Source: Candidatus Enterousia sp.
GTDB lineage: Bacteria; Pseudomonadota; Alphaproteobacteria; Rs-D84
Length of the DNA stretch: 64,000 nucleotides
NCBI GenBank assembly: GCA_045613785.1
Contig: JAZLBQ010000003.1
Location: forward strand, 59,536 to 123,535
Reading direction: 5' to 3'
In this document: piece by piece, positions 59,593-64,000 of the stretch
Layout: each line of letters begins with the position of its first letter
Numbering within the stretch: position 1 is the stretch's first letter
Notes under the pieces: generated by a model
Databases searched by the model: none
What the model saw: the letters and a program-made list of their open reading frames with translations, nothing else
What the model was told of the DNA's origin: nothing
Program-made: the position numbers and the translations under genes

Positions 59593-60699
59593 ATGCAAGA
59601 CAAGTATTATTCTGAAAATTGGTATCAGGCAACAGAAAAATTTATTAAAAATTCCCAAAGTCGTGGCGAATTGCGTTGGTGTGTGCTTGACGGAAATAAT
59701 TTTGATATTCCGTATCTGTTGATTGGAAATGGACCAAACAAGGTTGTGATAAATTCAGGTGTTCATGGTATAGAAGGATATTTTGGTAGTGCTGCACAAA
59801 ATTTATTCTTGGATAAAGTTGTAAACAAGTTGTCGCCAAAGTTGTTGGAAAAATACACAATTTGTTTAATTCATATAATAAATGGTTGGGGAATGCAGAA
59901 CCGTATGCGTGAAGTCTTGGATAGACAACGTGGCGGTCTGGTCGATTTGAACCGTAATTTTGGTGTCGATTTTTCAAAAGGTGCTGCCCTGCCCCAGAAT
60001 CCAAAGTATGAATTGGCACATGATTTGTTGTTGTCTAAGCCAGATAAGGTTATCAAGAAAAATGCACTTAAAGATTTTAGAGCAAAACATTTATCAGATG
60101 GTGCGTGGGCTGCAATCAGCTATGGTCAGTATGTTCATCCGTATGGCTTGTTTTATGGTGGTGCTGCAACAATGCCGGAAAATCAGATGACTATGTCTAT
60201 ATACGATGATGTTATGCGTGATGCAAAATCGCTGTTGTCAATTGGATTACATACTGGCTTGGGGCGTTTTAATCGCAAAAAAGCAACTGTGACATCTGAT
60301 TTACTGGTTTCTCATCCAGAAACGCATAAAAGAACACAGTTTTTTAAAAATATGTTTGGTCAGACAAATGTGGTTGCGGATAATATGGCGGTAAATGGGC
60401 CGACTTTGTTGGGGGATTTGGTTGATGTGTTAGAAGTTAGGTATTCAAACCCGGAAATTCCTGTCTGGACGGCAGATTTTGAAATCGGAACCGGTGAATT
60501 TCCTATAATGTCCCCTATTTACAAGCGTATGGATATGGGGGATGCTCGTTATGACTTGCTGCATGAAGGTCGGATAAACCCTGAAACTTGGGCGAATTTG
60601 ACGGAAAGTTGGTATCCTTCTGATGTGCGGTGGCGTAATGCTGCTTTGGAACGTGCAAAAATTTTATTTGATGAATTAGTGTATGGCTTAGAACGATAA
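59593..60699 (+). CDS. DUF2817 / M14-like zinc carboxypeptidase
   Basis: SGVHGIEG, VDLNRNF, GQY..P.GLFYGG, LHTGLG. Confidence 0.8.
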   Translation: MQDKYYSENWYQATEKFIKNSQSRGELRWCVLDGNNFDIPYLLIGNGPNKVVINSGVHGIEGYFGSAAQNLFLDKVVNKLSPKLLEKYTICLIHIINGWGMQNRMREVLDRQRGGLVDLNRNFGVDFSKGAALPQNPKYELAHDLLLSKPDKVIKKNALKDFRAKHLSDGAWAAISYGQYVHPYGLFYGGAATMPENQMTMSIYDDVMRDAKSLLSIGLHTGLGRFNRKKATVTSDLLVSHPETHKRTQFFKNMFGQTNVVADNMAVNGPTLLGDLVDVLEVRYSNPEIPVWTADFEIGTGEFPIMSPIYKRMDMGDARYDLLHEGRINPETWANLTESWYPSDVRWRNAALERAKILFDELVYGLER

Positions 60700-60725
60700 A
60701 AAAATACGCACCCGTGGGTGCGTAT
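60698..60725. terminator. Terminator between the DUF2817 gene and rnpB
   Basis: ATACGCACCC-GT-GGGTGCGTAT with an A tract (U tract on the - strand). Confidence 0.75.
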
Positions 60726-61056
60726 CGCAAGACAAACGTATAAGCCGGATTCTGTGCTGCCAAAACCTCGTATGTTTCGCATACCAAATCATGGCAGTGG
60801 ATATGATTAATCTGCATATTACATTACTGTATATGTCAAGCCCCTTACCCGCCCCCAGTCCAGGACTGACATAGGGAGCCTATTTAGGGTTGCTGCACAC
60901 AGAGATTGCCCGTTTCACTCGAATTTAATCGTTTACGTCACTGTTGCTCTAATCGTCGGGTCGCCCCGCCTGGTATATTAGCCAGTGTGTTGTCCTGTGC
61001 AGTCCGGACTTTCCTCTGACAACGATTGTTGTCAGCCATATCCTGTTGGTCTTGCG
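60726..61056 (-). ncRNA. rnpB: RNase P RNA (type A)
   Basis: Minus strand has GAGGAAAGTCCGGACTGC near the 5' end and ACAGAATCCGGCTTA near the 3' end; P1 helix CGCAAGAC/GTCTTGCG. Confidence 0.95.
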
Positions 61057-61224
61057 GTCGGTTATCATAGCAGTATTGTTATAAAAGTTCAATATGTTTT
61101 ATTTCTTGTATTGGTAAAAAAACTGTCAATAGGAAAAAACTTTTTTTTGAGTGTTTTTTTTACTTGTGTGAATTTGCTGGATTTTCTACACTGTTAGCAT
61201 AAAGAGAAAAAGAAAGTGAGAAGA

Positions 61225-64000
61225 ATGTCTAGATTTCTGCGTTTTTTGACCGTTTTGTCGGCTGTGTTTTTTACAACGAATTTGTTCGCTGCGGGTTATA
61301 CGTGTCCAACGTCTAATAAGAAATACACATCGTGTAACGCTGGGTATTATTTGACCAGCACCAGTAATGGTAATTCGTGTGCATCTTGTCTTAGTGTAAA
61401 AAATACAACCTCAACTCAATCGGGAACCGAATCCTGCACCCGTTCGTGTTCTATAACAGGCGGAACGTGTTCATACAGCGGTTCGACCAGAACATATACG
61501 AATACGTGTAGTGGTTATTACACTGGTGGTCCTGCAAATAATACAACTGTCGGCAGCAGTAAGTGCACAGGTTGTTCTGCGTATTCGCGGACTAGTACTG
61601 GAACGTGTTCTGGTGGAACAATTAGTGTGACGTGTAATACGGGGTATACAAAAAACAGCGCCGGCACGGCTTGTAATCCAAACACGTATAAAGTGACATT
61701 GGACAAACAAAGCGGAACGGGTGGAACATCTGAATACTATTATCAGTATAAGACACTGGGAAGTTGTTATTACTATACAACATCTGCTTTGACTACTTGT
61801 ATCGCGGGGACCCAGGGTATTTCGATTACTCCTCCAACCAGAACAGGTTATACGTTTGGCGGTTATTATACAGGAACAAACGGCACGGGGACACAGTATG
61901 TTAATGCAAGCGGTGGCACAGTAAATAATTTATATTCTGCATCTGCGGCAAATATAACCTTGTATGCGAAATGGACTGCGAACAGTTATTCGTGTGTGGC
62001 TGGTAATTTCTTAAATGGCACGACTTGCGCGACTTGCACGGTTGATTATTATTGTCCTGGTGGTACCTGGACATATAACGGTGGGGTTCAGGGGCGCAAT
62101 GCTTGTTCATCGTATCGTGCGAATACGAATACGGCTGGTGTGACTGGTGCAAGTAGTTCTTCATCTTGCGTATGTTCTGCTGGTCGATATTTAAGTGGTT
62201 CGACTTGCACGGCGTGTGCAGCAGGAACCTATAAATCGGCAAATTCGAATGCGACGTCTTGCACGGCTGCCGGTGCTGGATATTATGTTTCTACAACCGG
62301 TGCGACATCCCAGACAGCGTGCACTGGTTTAGGTTCGTTTTATACGGGGTCGGACAGCGGACGAGATGCAGCAACAGATTGTTATGGTACAACAACAGCT
62401 GGTAAATATATCGCAACAGCAAACACATCGACGCAGAGCACTTGTTCGACTGGGCATTATTGTCCTGCCACCAAGGTATATTATGGTTCTACTGGTGGTC
62501 GTACCGAATGTCCCAGTCCGATGTCAGCTGATAGCGGTTCAGATGAAAAAACAGATTGTTATGTTGTGTTATCGGGGGGTCTGTATCTAAAAGCTGGGAC
62601 CAGCGGTGGCACACAATGTCCTGCTAATTCGTTCTGTAGTGGTGGAAAATTCTATTTTAACGCCAGCAGTGACCAGGGGAAAAGTTCTTGCACTGCAAAT
62701 TCCAGCAGTCCTGCGGGCTCGGACGCCAAGGCGGATTGTGTATGTAATGCGGGCTATGGCGGCAGTGGTGCATCTGGTTCGTGCACATATTGTTCAGCAG
62801 GAACGTATAAGACCAGCGCTGGGAATACATCTTGTTCAACCTGCACATCAAATTCGTATTGCACAGGTGGCACACATATCGCAACGTGTTCATCATTTAA
62901 TGCGTCATACCCATATTCTGATTCTGGAACCGGTTCGTCAAATTACTGCTATGCATCTAAAACGAAAACTGGGACACAAAATGGGTGTTCAAAACCTGCA
63001 AACAGTTATTCGCATACGTGTAATTCTTGCACGCCAGGGACCTGTTCATATCGTGATTATTATAATGCAACCGATACAACGTGCACCCCAAGTAATTGCA
63101 CCCAAACTGCGACTTTGGGTTCTTGTGCGGCATCATATTACAAGAACGGCAATGAGTGTTTGCCTTGTAGTGGATTAGCCAGTGGTTTTTATCCAAATAG
63201 TAATGCGGGGAATAGTAGTGGAGCATCTGCATGCTATACAAACAGCCTAAGTGGAAAGGTGGTGGCAAGTGCATATGCAACCAGTGCAACAAGTTGTTCC
63301 GGTGGAACATACAAGGCATCACATACGGTTGCGTATGGTTCTACATCAAGTTGTTCGACATGTAGTGCTGGATATTACTGTCCACAAGGAGCTGCTTCAC
63401 AGACAGCGTGTGGTAGCAATGCAAAATACTCGTCATCTGGTGCGGCAGCATGTTCAGATGTAAGCAGTGGTTATTACACAACTGGTGGAGGTTCAACGAC
63501 CCGCACAGGTCAGACGAAGTGTGAGGCAGGTAATTACTGCTCTGGTGGTGTAAAGACAGCGTGTGGTGGTGGTAAATACTCGTCTGCTGGTGCGACATCA
63601 TGTTCAAGCATAAGTGCAGGATGCTATGGAACAAGTGCTTCAAGTTCATGTCCAGCAGTATGTGGCGAGAATCAATACTCGACTGCAGGGTCAAGTAGTT
63701 GTTCAAACTGTCCAACAGACTATAAGAACAGTGGGACATCTGCATCGAGCCATGCTGGATCTGGGTCATGTATAATTACAGTAAGTGGTGGTAAGTATAT
63801 TGGCACGGCTGGTGACAACAGTAGCAACTGGGATACCTGTGCAGGTGGAACATACAAGGCATCGCATACAGTTGCATATGGTTCTACATCAAGTTGTTCG
63901 ACATGTAGTGCTGGATATTACTGTCCACAAGGAGCTGCTTCACAGACAGCGTGTGGTAGCAATGCAAAATACTCGTCATCTGGTGCGGCAGCATGTTCAG
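61225..64000 (+). CDS. Giant secreted Cys/Ser/Thr-rich repeat surface protein with an InlB B-repeat (3'-truncated, >925 aa)
   Basis: ATG 61225, signal peptide MSRFLRFLTVLSAVFFTTNLFA, no stop seen to the window end; PTRTGYTFGGYY...LYAKW and CxAGxY/YCP repeats. Confidence 0.88.
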   Translation, partial: MSRFLRFLTVLSAVFFTTNLFAAGYTCPTSNKKYTSCNAGYYLTSTSNGNSCASCLSVKNTTSTQSGTESCTRSCSITGGTCSYSGSTRTYTNTCSGYYTGGPANNTTVGSSKCTGCSAYSRTSTGTCSGGTISVTCNTGYTKNSAGTACNPNTYKVTLDKQSGTGGTSEYYYQYKTLGSCYYYTTSALTTCIAGTQGISITPPTRTGYTFGGYYTGTNGTGTQYVNASGGTVNNLYSASAANITLYAKWTANSYSCVAGNFLNGTTCATCTVDYYCPGGTWTYNGGVQGRNACSSYRANTNTAGVTGASSSSSCVCSAGRYLSGSTCTACAAGTYKSANSNATSCTAAGAGYYVSTTGATSQTACTGLGSFYTGSDSGRDAATDCYGTTTAGKYIATANTSTQSTCSTGHYCPATKVYYGSTGGRTECPSPMSADSGSDEKTDCYVVLSGGLYLKAGTSGGTQCPANSFCSGGKFYFNASSDQGKSSCTANSSSPAGSDAKADCVCNAGYGGSGASGSCTYCSAGTYKTSAGNTSCSTCTSNSYCTGGTHIATCSSFNASYPYSDSGTGSSNYCYASKTKTGTQNGCSKPANSYSHTCNSCTPGTCSYRDYYNATDTTCTPSNCTQTATLGSCAASYYKNGNECLPCSGLASGFYPNSNAGNSSGASACYTNSLSGKVVASAYATSATSCSGGTYKASHTVAYGSTSSCSTCSAGYYCPQGAASQTACGSNAKYSSSGAAACSDVSSGYYTTGGGSTTRTGQTKCEAGNYCSGGVKTACGGGKYSSAGATSCSSISAGCYGTSASSSCPAVCGENQYSTAGSSSCSNCPTDYKNSGTSASSHAGSGSCIITVSGGKYIGTAGDNSSNWDTCAGGTYKASHTVAYGSTSSCSTCSAGYYCPQGAASQTACGSNAKYSSSGAAACS
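63301..64000 (+). repeat. In-frame tandem repeat, 543-bp period
   Basis: 63301-63457 and 63844-64000 are identical except for 3 synonymous changes. Confidence 0.92.

Noticed and set aside
63301-64000. Near-identical repeat pair as a DGR template/variable region
   Set aside because: The three differences are synonymous and go in both directions, both copies are in-frame in one CDS, and no reverse transcriptase is present

Overview
Chromosomal window from a low-GC Alphaproteobacterium (gcrA, lpxA/lpxB, tolQRA, alpha-type M23/bactofilin pair). The many Cys-rich secreted orphans suggest the gut-associated Rs-D84-like lineage, but that assignment is inference only. Most of it is housekeeping (uvrA, hisS, prfA, leuS, tkt, thyA, tig, rplM/rpsI, ruvB), plus a MarR/HlyD/ABC/TolC efflux locus, five tRNAs and RNase P RNA. 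No CRISPR array, transposase or integrase was seen. Main observations: (1) a dif site at 23949-23976 where KOPS-like GGG(G)CAGG(G) motifs switch strand, yet the G+T strand bias of the + strand does not flip for at least 40 kb beyond it; (2) a tightly coupled operon of a prepilin peptidase and five secreted proteins, including a GH108 lysozyme and glycine-zipper proteins, two of which share an unnamed motif; (3) scattered orphan genes without signal peptides that end in a basic QR-like tail, one with an Arr-like ADP-ribosyltransferase fold; (4) a stand-alone SRP M-domain protein; (5) two candidate structured sRNAs; (6) an in-frame TAA in tig; (7) a giant Cys-rich repeat surface protein that runs off the 3' end and is missing from the ORF track. 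All family calls come from motif recognition by eye; no searches were run.
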